A stretch of 63,463 nt of DNA, counting the filler, from Chiloscyllium plagiosum (lineage: Eukaryota): assembly GCF_004010195.1 (NCBI RefSeq). It is 4 parts of one record of this genome, joined end to end, with 100 filler letters (N's around TTAATTAATTAA, not from the genome) between each part and the next. Parts side by side here need not be neighbours in the genome. Positions count along the whole stretch, not along the records: positions 1 to 15,853 come from NC_057716.1; positions 15,954 to 31,734 come from NC_057716.1; 2 more parts are not named here. One strand, written 5' to 3'. The notes beneath the pieces were generated by a model. It ran no database searches. It worked only from the letters and a program-made list of their open reading frames with translations, and was not told the origin of the DNA. The position numbers were made by a program, and so were the translations under genes. The first letter of the stretch is position 1; each line of letters opens with the position of its first letter. This document shows, one piece after another, positions 14,037-27,154 of this stretch.

Positions 14037-14176
14037 GCAAGTGTGAAATTCTTGTGAACTGTGGCATAAATTTTAACAGAAATTCTATCAACAAGGCTGG
14101 TGTGGAGGCCTGCCTACCACTTGGGTTTTGTTTCGATTTCAAAACATGTCATGGATCTTGATGCTTCTTTTCCCAG

Positions 14177-14251
14177 TGTGCCATTGAAAAAGAGGAACTT
14201 AAACAGCATTTGCAGGCATCCAAAGATGCCCAAAGACAGCTCACGGCAGAA
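14177..14251 (+). CDS. TRAK2: TRAK2 coding exon (75 bp): CAIEKEELKQHLQASKDAQRQLTAE
   Basis: ttttcccAG acceptor, GTGAGT donor; matches IEKEELKxHLQASKDAQRQLT. Confidence 0.96.
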
Positions 14252-14462
14252 GTGAGTATTCCACTTTTTAGCCCTATGCCAATTTTAATGTTTTTACAGT
14301 AGTGGTGCATTTTCATGTTTAAGGTTGCACCTGCTCTAACCTCAGACAAGCCATTCTGACTCTGGTGAAGTGAACATAGGATAAAATGTAGGAACAGAAG
14401 TAGACCATTTGTCATCGAGTCCGCTCTGCTATTCAGTGAGATTGTGACTGATTTAATAATCT

Positions 14463-14679
14463 AGGAGAAAGTGAGGACTGCAGATGCTGGAGATCAGAGC
14501 TGAAAAATGTGTTGCTGGAAAAGTGCAGCAGGTCAAGCAGCATCCAAGGAGCAGGAGAATTGACATTTTGGACATAAGCCCTTCATTCCTGAAGAAGGGC
14601 TTATGCCCGACATGTCAGTTCTCCTGCTCCTTGGATGCTGCCTGACCTGCTGCGCTTTTCCAGCAACACATTTTTCAGC
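14463..14679. mobile_element. Palindromic non-autonomous Penelope-derived element, in a TRAK2 intron
   Basis: ~90-bp inverted arms; flanked by the duplication actgatttaataatc (14447-14461) / actgatctaataatc (14680-14694). Confidence 0.8.
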
Positions 14680-15853
14680 ACTGATCTAATAATCCTCAAT
14701 TCTGCTTTTCTATCTTGTCCCAATAACACTCGATTCTCATTATAAATCTGCCCATCTCGGCCTTGAGTATGCTTAACAATTGTGCCTCAGTACTTTTCCA
14801 TATCCAGTCATTCAGTCTTAATAATAGTGTCCATTTGGTGCTCAGTTATGGCAGATATTGCTTATACTTGTGTACAGTGGGATTGATTTAAGAGAACTAT
14901 ATTTCTACTTAAATCAAATTTCAGGGTAGAATGGACCAATCTATCCCACTAGGCGAACTAATCTACTAGGCATGTAACAGTGGAGTTAATGATATTCCTA
15001 GTTTTCTCCAGTTAAAAGTTAGACTTAGATTTTATAACTCCAAAATCAATCTAGAAGCTATGTGGAAGGTGTGAAAATGATTCACAAGGCTGAGACCAGA
15101 ACTATCCAGGTGCAAGACTGAACAGGCTGAGGCTCTTTCCTAAAGAGAAGGTTGTAGGGTTGCTAGGATAAATGTTTTGATTTTTAGAGGAGTATAGAAA
15201 TGTGAACCATAACAATAAGACAGTCACCAATAAATTTGATGAGGAATTTCAGAATAAAGTTCTCAACACTGGAGTGGAGTGCGTGAAACTTTATTACAGG
15301 GAGGAGTTGAAGTAAATGGTTTAGATGCATTCATGGGGAAGCTACACAAACACGAGGGAAAAGGAAGAGAAAGAGATGCTGGTTGTCTGAGGTGAGGAAA
15401 ATGAGTGGAAGTTTGCGTGGAGTACAACTATTGGCATTGACTATTTGGGCTGAAAGATCACTTTCTTGTAATAGCTAAAGAACATCTTACAGTGCATTTC
15501 ACATTTGATCTTTATTACTAACCTAATGTATGAAGGTCTTTTCAGCATATAGAACATAGAACAATACAGCACAGAACAGGCCCTTCGGCCCTCGATGTTG
15601 TGCCGAACATTTGTCCTAGCTTAAGCACCCATCTATGTACCTATCCAATTGCCGCTTAAAGGTCACCAATGATTCTGACAATGATGTCCCTTTGCAGCCG
15701 ACAACAGCCCTCCTCACTATCCACAACTCCACCAATCTTCGTATCATCTGCAAATTTACTGACCCACCCTTCGACTCCCTCTTCCAAGTCATTAATAAAA
15801 ATTACAAACAGCAGAGGACCCAGAACCGACCCTGCGGAACTCCACTTATAACT

Positions 15854-15953
15854 NNNNNNNNNNNNNNNNNNNNNNNNNNNNNNNNNNNNNNNNNNNNTTA
15901 ATTAATTAANNNNNNNNNNNNNNNNNNNNNNNNNNNNNNNNNNNNNNNNNNNN
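15854..15953. other. Artificial contig spacer N44-TTAATTAATTAA-N44
   Basis: Exactly 100 bp, with a central 12-mer giving stops in all six frames. Confidence 0.95.
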
Positions 15954-16195
15954 GACCTGGACCCAATATACTGGCCACTACAGCGGACAGCTGAAACTGA
16001 CAACCAGAAGCGGTAGGGACAGGCCACTATAAATGCCGGAGGAAACACCACAGAAGTGCTTCACAGGAGGCTCCCAAGCACTGAGGATGTCACCTAGACA
16101 GGGGACGAAACGTTTGCAACAAAAACTTCCAGCTCGGCGAACAGAACCACAACAACAGGCACCCGAGCTACAAATCTTCACCCAAACTTTGAACC
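15954..16195 (+). mobile_element. Penelope-like element 3' end / pseudo-LTR fragment
   Basis: Carries a hammerhead motif downstream of a TATAAA-containing stretch; starts at a contig edge. Confidence 0.55.
16078..16117 (+). ncRNA. Minimal type I hammerhead ribozyme motif (PLE family A)
   Basis: gca-CTGAGGA-t-gtcacct/agac/aggggac-GAAACGTT-tgc: intact CUGANGA and GAAA cores, stem II with one mismatch, 3-bp stem I, in a Penelope-type terminal region. Confidence 0.7.
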
Positions 16196-19100
16196 TAACC
16201 TTTGATTCCAAAAAGATTAATACGAGATTTTACTCCGAATTATATCAGTCTCAAAGCCGTGAGGATGGGCAGGTTAGCATGGAGTCATTTTTCAAAAATC
16301 TGAATCTCCCGGTGTAACCCCTGAACAACAGTCTTTTCTTAATGCCCCATTATCAGAGCAAGAGGAGCAGGAAGCTGTGAAAAGGCGCCTGGTCCTAATG
16401 GACTTCCCAGTGAATTTTATAAGGAATTTATACGCATGCAGTCAGGTCCAATGCTTAACATCTTTAATGACTCATACAGTCATGATCGCCTCCCACCATC
16501 TTTAAGAGAGCCCAATATCTCTCTTATTTTTATAAAAGGGGAAGCCCCAGAGGACTGTGCTTCCTATAGACCCTTTTCACTTTTAAATGTTGATTTTAAA
16601 ATCCTTTTTTAACACTCCTGCATTAAGGCTGAAAACTGTGCTGCCTTCTATTATTAAAGAGGACCAGACAGGCTTTATAAAAGGCCACAGATCTCCCAAT
16701 AATGTTTGGCGGTTACTTAATGTGATTCGAGCGTGTCAACAATAGTCTGTACAGGGATTAGTGATCTCTCTAGATGCAGAGAAGGCATTTGGCCGGGTAG
16801 AGTGGCCATACCTTTTTTATAGGGTAAACACAAGGAATGCAGATGCTGGAAACCAGAGTCTAGGTTAGAGTGGTGCCGGAAAAGCACAGCAGGTCAGGCA
16901 GCATCTGAGGAGCAGGAAAATCGACGTTTCGGGCAAAAGCCCTTCATCAGGAATAGAGGGCTTTTTTACCATTTTTATACTTGAGAGCAGTTTGGCTTGG
17001 GAAAAGTCTTTATAAGATGGGTAAAGGTTCTTTACAGTGACCCCCTTGCCCCAGTTCTCACCAATGGTGTCCAATCAGGCAACTTTAATATCTTTAGGGG
17101 CAGTCAACAGGGCTGTCCCCTCTCACCATTGCTTTTTACGTTGGTGATTGAGCCACTGGCAGAGGCCATTTGTAGGGATCCTAATATACCAGCCCCAGAA
17201 GTGGGGTCAAAATCATATAAGATTTCATTGTACGCGGATGGTGTCCTCATCGTTTTGTCAAGCCCAGCAGATTTGGTGCCTCATTTGAGACAATGCATCA
17301 ATTCATTAAGCGTCTTTTCGGGTTACAAGATCAACTTTGCAAAATCGGAGGCTAGACCTATGGGTGGTCTTGTGAAAATGCTAGGTTTGGAGGGTGAGTT
17401 TTGTTTCCCTTTTAAGTGGTCGCGGGGGGGGTGGAGGGTTCTTTATTTAGTTCTTTATTCATTACTCGTGGTTTTGACCGGCTGTTTAAAGCTAATTTTG
17501 TTCATTTATTTGCCAAAATCAAACAAGATCTTCAAAGATGGGAGGCTCTTCCAGTTTCTTGGTTCGGTCAGATAGCCCTCATTTAAATGAATATACTCCC
17601 CGTCCACTGTATCTCCCTTTGATTTTCACTCAGCAAAAGTACAGGAGTTTGAACGGCTGGTTCAGCTCATTTATCTGGCATTGTAAGCTGTCCCTTATTA
17701 AGCTAACTAAATTGCAACTGCCCCACGTACTGGGGGGCAGTGGATCTCCAGGACATTAAAAAACTATCAACTAAGTTCACTTCTGTCCTATGTGAGTGAC
17801 TGGGGACTCTCTTTCAATATGGTTTCAATATTGAAATGTCTTAGGCAGGGTGGCCCCTTACTAGCTTGCGGTTCTTTGACAAAATGAGGACAGTTAAAGA
17901 AATTGCCACAACACAATAGTTAGTAATACTGTTAAAGCATGGAGGGCAATGTGACAGAGTGAAGGCAATATTGCCAAAACATTATTTCTTACACCAATAA
18001 TTGGCATGTCGGGTTTTCAACCGGGGATGATAGACTGTGGGTTTAAACTCTGGGCGGCTAGGGTATGTGCTGCCTGGGTATTTGAGGGGGACATGATGAT
18101 ACCTTTTGACCAGTTAGCTTGGAAATGCGAGTTACCTAGCAGAGATTTCATTCAAAAAAGGACGACCCTTTTAACCGACCCCCTACAGATCCGACATAGA
18201 GTCGAGGGTGATCAGTGCTAAGAATTCACTTTCTGTCAGCACTCTTTAGCACCTTTTGAGGGATGGTTCTTTGGAGGAGACCGAAAGCTTTGTAGGGTGT
18301 GGGAGAGAGAGTTGGGCGTTGAGATCTTCTCAGAGACATGGGAGGATGTTTGAGAAAACGCGAGAAGGATCTTGATTTGCAATAGGACCCATGCTTTATG
18401 GTTAAAGATTCTCCACAGGGTCCACTTGGCTCCAGATCGTTTATCAAAATTTAAAGCAGGAGTATCTTCAACATGTCCCGAGTGCAAAGCGAGTACGGGC
18501 ACTCTCACTCATTGTCTCTGGTCCTGCCACAGGCTGCAGTCATACTGGAGCACTGTGGTAGGTGCAATAGAGAGGACTTTAGGGAGATGGACCCAGTTTC
18601 TCTTCTTCTTGGCCTGCCCAGTGTACTCTCTTTGGATCCGCATAAGAAAACTCTTTTTAATATTCTTACATTTTGCACAAGAAAGAATACTCTGCGAGGT
18701 TGGGTGTCTGAGAATCCCCCGGGTTTGTCGGGCTGGCATAAGATAGTTATGGAGCGTATTCTTTTGGGTTTTCTTACAAGTATGGTGCATTATAAAACTG
18801 AGAATTTCTATAAGACATGGCAGCCCTTTATGGACTACCTGGACACAGATTTGTCTGCCACACACTAATAAAAGCTTTTATATAGCCATAACGATGGTGT
18901 TTTATGAATCTAATATCCAGGGAGGAGGAACTACAAACATATGAATATGTGTAAATTATTGCTCTCGGTGGTTGAGAGCTAGTGTTTTGTTTCGCTGAGC
19001 CGTATTATCATTATTTATTAGTTATGTGTTAGCTGGTAGTTATTATTTGTTTATGTATTTAGTTGTTCTTTTTCTATACAGAGATATGTATTTGTACATG

Positions 19101-19220
19101 AATGAGGTTTTTTTTTTGCTCATTCTTGCTCTTTTACTGTACTATTTTGAATTGTATGGTTTTGTACTTTTTGTAATATGAAAAAAATCTACTTCTCAAT
19201 AAAAATATATTTAAAAAAAT
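16196..19220 (+). mobile_element. 5'-truncated, decayed L1-clade LINE (ORF2 RT, C-terminal Cys/His domain, 3' UTR)
   Basis: APGPNG, SYRPFSLLNVDFKIL, LDAEKAF, RGSQQGCPLSPLLF, LYADG, CPECK...HCLWSC; several frameshifts; T-rich 3' UTR ending in AATAAA and an A-rich tail at ~19198-19220. Confidence 0.9.
16920..16953 (-). ncRNA. Minimal type I hammerhead ribozyme motif (PLE family C) in a PLE fragment (~16825-16960) inserted into L1
   Basis: Minus strand reads CTGATGA-a-gggc/tttt/gccc-GAAACGTC. Confidence 0.7.
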
Positions 19221-19324
19221 ACTTCTCCAGACCACATACCATCTTGCAAGAATGCAAGAATGACACAGGACTGAGAGAGTGCATCCAGTTCAAAAGCCTG
19301 AACAGATTGGGGTCCTTTTACTCA

Positions 19325-22300
19325 ATAACATAAAACGTAGAACAGTACAGCACAGTACAGGCCCTTTGGCCCTCAATGTTGGGCCAACCTTTTATCCTAC
19401 TTTAAGATCAAACTAACATACATACATATTGTGGGAGAAAGTACGGGTTCTGGCCTCCCCATGACATGGCGACAAAACAGACAACACAAAATGTCTGCAC
19501 TTAGCCACTGAGTCTACCCACAATGCCTCAAATTGGTCAAACCAGTCGCCCCAGACATCACACATACCTCAGGACATGACTCATCCATCCCCAGACCAAG
19601 AGAATATTATTCTTCAGATTAACTGGTAATGAGCCTCACACTCCACAATAGCCCAGCACCTCTGATGTCCTTAGGGCATGGCTGCTCCCACTAGGAGGCA
19701 AGCCTTCACAGGTGTACACAGACAAGGATGCGCTAAAGGTACTTGCCCCCTCAACAATACGAACACATTGATACCAGGATGAAACCCACTAATTCCTACT
19801 CCAGCCCAGGATTGGAATCTCCTGAGTCGAATAAGAAAATCATTGTCAGACACCTTCACTTGAATCTTTTCAATGAATGAACTTTATTTCTCTTTGTTGT
19901 GCAACTCACACCATTGTCTCATAACTCACACTTCACTGTTGTAAAGGTATAAAACTCCACTGTATTCTCTGTTCAGGAAGGAGCTGGGGTTCCTTCTAAA
20001 CAGCCTGTCAGTGACTGTTTCAGTGGGGGTCAAGTCTCTTCTGTAATATCGCTGTTTGTTAAATAAATCCTTGTAAGTTCTCAGTCCGATCTGTGTGTTG
20101 GTTGTATCTGATTAATTAGGCTCAATTCTCCGACACATACCCTTCATTTTACTATCATCTATGTGCCTATCCAAGTGTCGCTTAAATGTCCCTAATGTAT
20201 CTGACTCTACTACCACTGCTGACAGTGCATTCTACGCACCCACCACACTGTGTGTAAAGAATCAGCCTCTAACATCTCCCTAAGCTTCCTACCAATCACC
20301 TTAAAATTATGCCCCATTGCGATAGCCATTTCTGCCCTGGGAAAAAGTCTCTGGCTGTCCAATCTATCTATTGCCTCTCACCATCTTGTATGTCTCTATC
20401 ACCTCTCACCCTCTTTACTCCAATGAGAAAAGCTCTAGCTCCCTCAATCTTTCTTCATAAGGCTTTCCCTCCAGTTCAGGCAGCATCCTGATAAATTTCC
20501 TCTGCACCCTCTTGAGAGCTTCCACATCCTTCCTATAATGAGGTGACCAGAACTGAATGCAATATTCCAAGTGTGGTCTAACCAGGCCTTTATAGATCTG
20601 CAGCATAACCTCGTTGCTCTTAAACTCAATGTCCCTTCTAATGAAAGTCAATTCACCATACGCCAACTTAACAACTCTTATCAACTTGGGTGGCAACTTT
20701 GAGGGACCTGTGGATGTGGATCCAAACTCGCTCTGTTCCTCCACACTGTCAGGTATACTGCCTTTAACCATGCAATCTGCATTCAAATTCGACCTTCCAA
20801 AATGAATCACTTCACATTTTTCCAAGTTGAACTCCATCTGCCACTTCTCAGCCCAGTTCTGCATTTTGTCATTGTCCTGTTACAACCTACAACAGCCCTC
20901 CACACTATCCACAACTCCACCAACCTTTGTATCATCGGCAAACTTACTAACCCATCCTTCCACTCCATCATCCAAGTAATTTATAAAAATTACAAAGAAC
21001 AGAGGTCCCAGAACAGATCCCTGTGGAACACCATTGGTCATTGAGCTCCAGGCTGAATGCTTTCCATCAGCTACTACCCTCTGTCGTTTATGGCCAATTC
21101 TGTATCCAGATAGCGAAATTTCCCTGTATCCCATGCCTCCTTACTTTCTGAATGAGCCTACCATGGGGTACCTTATCAAATACCTTGGTAAAATCCATGT
21201 ACACCACATCCACTGCTCTACATTCATCAATGTGTTTTATCACATCCTCAAATAATTCAATAAGGCTTGTGAGGCATGACCTGCCCTTCACAAAGCCATG
21301 CTGACTATCTCTAATCAAACTACACATTTCCAAATAATCATATATCCTGTCTCTCAGAATCCTCTCCAATAATTTGCCCATCACAGACGTAAGACTGACT
21401 GGTCTGTAATTCCCTATTTCTCAAGGGAATAACAATTGCCACCCTTCAATCATCTGGTACTACTCCAGTGGACAGTGAGGACGGAAAGATCATCACCAAA
21501 GGCACAGCAATCCCTACCCTCGCTTCCCATAGTAACCTTGGGTATAACCCATCTGGCCAAGGGGACTTATCTAACCTCATGTTTTTCAAAGTTTCCAGCA
21601 CATCCTCCTTCTTAACACCAACCAGTTCGAGTGAATCAGCCTGTTTCATGCTTTCCTCTCAAACGACAAGGTCCCTCTCACTAGTGAATACTGAAGCAAA
21701 GTATTCATTAAGGACCTCCCCTACCTCCTCTGACTCCAGGGACAATTTCCCCCCACTCTCCCTGATCGGCCGTACCCTCACTCTGGCCATCCTCTTGTTC
21801 CTCACATAAGTATTGAACGCCTTGAGGTTTTCCTTATTCCTACCCGCCAACATTTTTTCATGCCCTCTTCTAGATCTCCTAAGTCCATTCTTCACTTCCT
21901 TCCTGGCTACCTAGTAACCCTTTAGAGCCCTGTCTGATCCTTGCTTCCTCCACCTTAAGTAAATTTCCTTCTTCCTCTTGACTAGACATTCCACATAGGG
22001 CCATAGAGATATACAGCACGGAAATAAACCCTTCAGTCCAACCCGTCCATGCCAAACAGATATCCCAACCCAACCTAGTCCCACCTGCCAGCACCTGGTC
22101 CATATCCCTCCAAACCTTCCTATTCATATACCCACCCAGATGCCTTTTAAATATTGCAATTATACTAGCCTCCACTAATTCCTCTGGCAGCTCATTCCAT
22201 ACACGTACAACTCTCCGTGAAAAAGTTGCTCCTTAGATTTCTTTTATATCTTTCCCCTCTCACCCCAAACCTATGCCCGCTGGTTCTGGACTCCCTCTCC

Positions 22301-23530
22301 CCAGGAAAAATACCTTGTCTATTTATCCTATCCATGCCTCTCGTGATTTTATAAACTGCTAGAAGGTCACCCCTCAGCCTCCGACGCTCCAGGGAAAACA
22401 GTCCTAGCCTATTCAACCTCGCCCAATAACTCAAATCCTCCAACCCTGGCAACATCCTTGTAAATCTTTTCTCTTATCATCCAAGGTTCCTTTATCCTAC
22501 CATCCCTTCCTTGCCTCAGTGAGACAAACCTATTCAGCACTCGCAGCAAGTGCTCCCTAAACAACCTCCATATTTCTGTCGTACATTTCCCTGAGAATAT
22601 CTGTTCCTAATTTATGCTCCACAGTTCCTGCCTAATAGCATTGTAATTCCCCCTCCCCCTATTAAATATTTTCCCATACCATCTCCTCCTATCCCTCTCT
22701 ATGACTATAGTAAAGGTCAGGGAGTTGTGATCACTATCAACGAAATGCTTTCCTGCCGAGAGATCTCACACCTGACCTGGTCCGTTGCCAAGCACCAAAT
22801 CTAATTTAGCCTCCCCTCTAGTCGGCCTATCTACACACTGAGTTAGGAATCCTTCCTGGACACACCTGACAAAGTCTGCTCTATCCAAACCATTTGCACG
22901 AAGTTCCAATCAATATTAGAGAAGTTGAAGTCATGAAGCTATGACAACAGCCCTGTTATTTCTGCACCTTTCCAAAATCTGCCTCCCCATCTGCTCCTCT
23001 GTGTCATAGTCATAAAGTCATAGAGATGTACAGCACAGAAACAGACCCTTCAGTCTAACTCGTCCATGCCGACCAGATATGGACCATGGATCCTAATCTA
23101 GTCCCATTTGCCAACACTTGGCCTGTATCCCTCGAAACCCTTCATATTCATATATCCATCCGGATGCAATTGTACCAGCCTCCTCTACTTCTGGCAGCTC
23201 ATTCCACGCATGCACAACCTTCTGTGTGAAAAGGTTGCCCCTTAGGTCACTTTAATATCTTTCCCCTCTCACCCTATGCCCTTTGGTTCTCGGCTCGCCC
23301 AACACAGGAAGAAGACTGTCTCTATTTATCCCATCCATGCGGCTCATGATTTATCTGTTTCTGTCGCTATTTGTGGGGGGGGGGTCTATAGAAAGCTCCC
23401 AATAAATTGACTTCTCCTTTCCTGTTTCTCACCTCCACCCATAATGACTCTGTGCACAAACCCTCCTCCACCACCTCCCTTTCTACAGCTGTGATACTAT
23501 CCCTGATTAGCAATGCCACTACCCCACCTC
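19325..23530 (-). mobile_element. Decayed CR1 LINE ORF2 (APE-RT) with nested CR1 3' ends (~21997-22470, ~23005-23352) and the solo LTR
   Basis: [57 protein letters not shown] in successive broken ORFs. Confidence 0.9.
19430..20135 (+). mobile_element. Solo LTR (706 bp) inserted in a CR1 3' end
   Basis: TGTGGGAGAA...TTCTCCGACA termini (9/10 inverted match); 5-bp TSD catat/catac; TATAAAA at 19948 and AATAAA at 20062; CR1 sequence resumes on both sides. Confidence 0.8.
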
Positions 23531-26500
23531 TAGAAATGGGAGATTGAGTGGTGACCTTATATAGTTTTTAATGTTATGGAGGTTTTGATAGAAGTAGATA
23601 GACAGAGATGTATCCATGTGTGTGTGGGCGAGAACAGGACCAGAGGGAATAACTCTGAAATAATCTCAAATAGGTCACATGAAGAATTCAGGTGAGCCGT
23701 CTTTCACATTACATCTTTGTAAGAAATAAGGACTCTTAATAAATAATATGTTTTGGGATAATGTAGCACTCTTATGGAATTAGTTGACACAGCAGAAATT
23801 TTCCATCTCTCCCGAAAAAGGTAAACAATTCTCAGCAGTCTGTGACTAAGACAAGATCGAGTTCATAAACATTGGACCTTCCGTACTGAGGTCATGTGAC
23901 TCTCCAGCCATTCCTGAACAGACATCAAAACGTCTACTAGCACCTTCTACCTCCTAATCTATGCAAGTTTTCGGGAAAAGCTGGTAAATAACTTCCAGCA
24001 TTAGGACAGGCCAAAAGCTGTTGTTAAACTAGATGGTGAATGGAAGAGGTGTGGAGTAGCTGATCAATGTGACATAGAGTCATAGAATCATTCAGTGTGG
24101 AAATAGACCCTTTGGTCCAACCAGTCCATGCTGAACATAATCCCAAACTAAACTAGTCCAACCTCCCTGCTCCTGGCCCCTAACTCTCCAAATCTTTCCT
24201 AATCATGCTCTTATCCAAATGTCTTTTAAATATTGTAACTGTACCCAAATCCTTGGATATCTAGCCTGTCTTTATTGTTAGAAAGGTTCAAACAAGTGAT
24301 TTACATAGGGCAAACTATCAGCCCCCTTGAAATGAACAATAGTAACAAGTACTCAGGGACAAGTGTCAGTGCTCATCAGGTAGTTGCCATCTTCAAATAT
24401 GGAAGACGGATCAGGAAGCTAGAGGAAGACTGAGGGAAGAGTTCCCTCGCATTTCAATGAGAGCAGAATATCATTACATATTATGGACGTCGACTCACTG
24501 TGTGCCATTTGTCCTCTGAAATCAGTGAACTGGTCTCAATTGTCACTTTATTGTCCCTGCCTGTTTCTTAAATAACCTTAGTAACCAACCTTACAATTAC
24601 TTACCCAGAGTAGGCAGTCACATATTTGTACCTACAGCCACTGGACCTAAAATCTTAAATGGTCAGCTATCTTGGCCCGAAAGCTCTGAAATTTCCTCCT
24701 TAAACCTTTCTGCCTCTTTTTGCCTTTTGAAGACGCCCTTCAATCAAAACCTGGATGTTTGACCAACCTTTTGGCTACCATATCCTAGTATCCTCCTTAT
24801 AACCTCAACGTCAAATTTCCTCTGACCCGGTGAAGCAGCTTGTGGCCTTTTGCTATGTTAAAGGGTGCTGCATGAATGCATGTGGTTGTTGTTGTAAGAT
24901 TTGCCAGTCTTAGAACAGGTGCTAATTTCTACCTGCTCTGCCATGGTGGCTAACTACGCTGGGAAAGGCTACATGGGTAGAAACGGAGGGCAAATGTAGA
25001 AATGTCAAGCTGAAGACTAACATAACCTGTGGGAAAGAAAGAAAGGCAGATGCATTTTCTGCCTTACATTGACTGGCAAGTGAACCTAAACAAGGATGAA
25101 GTACTCTGAAACTAGTGCATAATTTTCCATACTGATGAGCTTTTGATATGATTGCTGCCCTTGACATCCTGTAGAGAGGAGTGCGCTAAATTGCTCATGG
25201 CAAATCGTGCATCCAAATTACATGATTTTTTTAGTCCTTTTTAGTTACGTACCCCAAATCTGGATCATTATTGAAATAATTGCTGCGATTTAGTTGGCTT
25301 TATGTATTGCTTTCAAATCCCTGATTAAACATGTTTCTTTTAAGAATATGCCTGAGTTTTTAACCATTTTGTTCACAGAGTGATACAGCACAGATGGAGG
25401 CCAGTAGATCCATCATGGCTATGCAAGCTCTGAAAAAGAAATCCTGTTAGTCCCACTCCCCTACAGCACAAAAACGCGTCTACTTTCCTGACATGTAATT
25501 CAGTTAACAATAGCTGTTTTAATTGATAACCATGTTTAAATAAAACCCAGGTGTGAATTTGACACATGCAACAGACAGAGCAAACAAAGGCTGCTCTTTT
25601 TATTGTTCAGTGAATTTGTACTAATCTTTAACAATGACAAAGTAAGAGGATAAGACTATATTTACATTGTTCCACTGAGAACTTGCACTATGTAAGGGTC
25701 ATTAACAGATGACAGTGTGGCATTGCCATGTGAAATAATGGACACAGACAAATCCTAGGGGAAGCTAGCTGATCATCAGCGTTTAATTGGGTCCCCTGCC
25801 TGCGGGCACAGCTTGGCCCGATCCACCATCCAGTTCATGATGAGTGGCCTCAGGGGGGTTTGCACTGCTGCTCTAACCATGCTCCAAGCTCTGCTTTCCG
25901 AGAAAGGTGCCCATAATAAATAATCATGGGGATTTGCTGAATAATTCATGGACAGCTGAGAATAGACTAGGCCCGATTCCCTGGCTACCTATCGCCATGG
26001 CAATGGTTCAGGGGACTTTGACGAATTCAGCTTCATATTAACATCAAGCGATTTTCTCCTGTTTCACTGGTGGTTGAAGATCGCCTCGATTGATGAATAC
26101 ATTTATGTCTGCCTTTCCTATTTTTGACCTACCAATGATTTTCTTCTGTACAGACCTTACAGGGAACAGACCTTACAGGGAAGTTCCAGTAGGCCCTCTG
26201 TGAATGGAATGTGAACCATGAAAGTCAATCCAAGGACTGTAATCCTGAGGCTTCATGGAAGGTCAGCCATTTTTTGGGGCACTTTATGTGTAAATTGATT
26301 TCAAGACAAGGGGGCACATTTATAAGGTGAAAGGCGAAAAATTTTAAAAAGACACAAGGGGCATTTTGCTTGTTCATGTGTGGTATTAAATTCCTGAGGA
26401 AGTGGTGGATGTGGGCACAATTGCAATGTTAAAAGACATTTGGATAAGTACACGAATAAGACAGTTATGGAGAGATATGGGCCAAGCACAAGCAGATGGG

Positions 26501-27154
26501 ACTAGTTTGGTTTGGAATTATGGTTGGCATGGACTGGTTGGACCAAAGGGTCTATTCTGTATGAGTCTATGACCTCACTGCAGTACAGCAAAAACCAAGT
26601 ACCTCATGAGTGGCCTGGGTTAATGAATGTACTGTTGAGGGAGAACGTAAGAAAGAAGAGGATTAAATCTTGTCCCACCTGACATTCAATATAATTGTGG
26701 CTAAGCATCTCTCTGAACATTACCTTCCATACCTCTACCTTTATTCCTTCACTATCCAAGGAAGTACAAATAGCAAATGTTCTATGGAGCTCAGTTTTCC
26801 AATTTTATTTTCTAATCAAAAAGCATAAGGCTTGGAAGAAATGAAAACCAAATGCATGGTTCTGTTTAACGTTTCTCCTGGCTTGTTCACTGCACAGCCC
26901 AAGAGATTTCTCACAGAAGTGTCAACTTTGGCAGGTTGGAGGATTTTTCTCCATGAGTCCCAGTGAGATTTTTTTACGCCATTCTCTGGAGCTCACTACA
27001 TTACATACAGTGCCCAGCCCATCCTTTTTGTAGCCCTCCTTGCCAGAGGTATACTAGCTGTTGCTGGGACATGTCAATACTCCTCCCAGTGTCACCATTG
27101 TTAAAGCCTAACCGTTGCTCCAAGTCAAGAATGGCTAGTCAGGAGTTGCCCATT

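Noticed and set aside
3622..14251. Assignment as TRAK1 or HAP1
   Set aside because: Diagnostic segments (DMVTHLLAERDRD, DQVNQLQHEL, DSSCSTPLR, HLQASKDAQ) match TRAK2 as recalled.
15898..15909. TTAATTAATTAA as a biological motif
   Set aside because: Centred in N runs three times with identical spacing; an artificial linker.
16997..17575. 192-aa ORF as a host gene or active reverse transcriptase
   Set aside because: Fragment of a frameshifted L1 ORF2 with the catalytic YADD mutated to YADG.
26150..26181. Short direct repeats (16 bp here, ~20 bp at ~30935-30975, 12 bp at ~59764-59790) as CRISPR-like or regulatory arrays
   Set aside because: Two-copy slippage duplications without spacers in vertebrate DNA.
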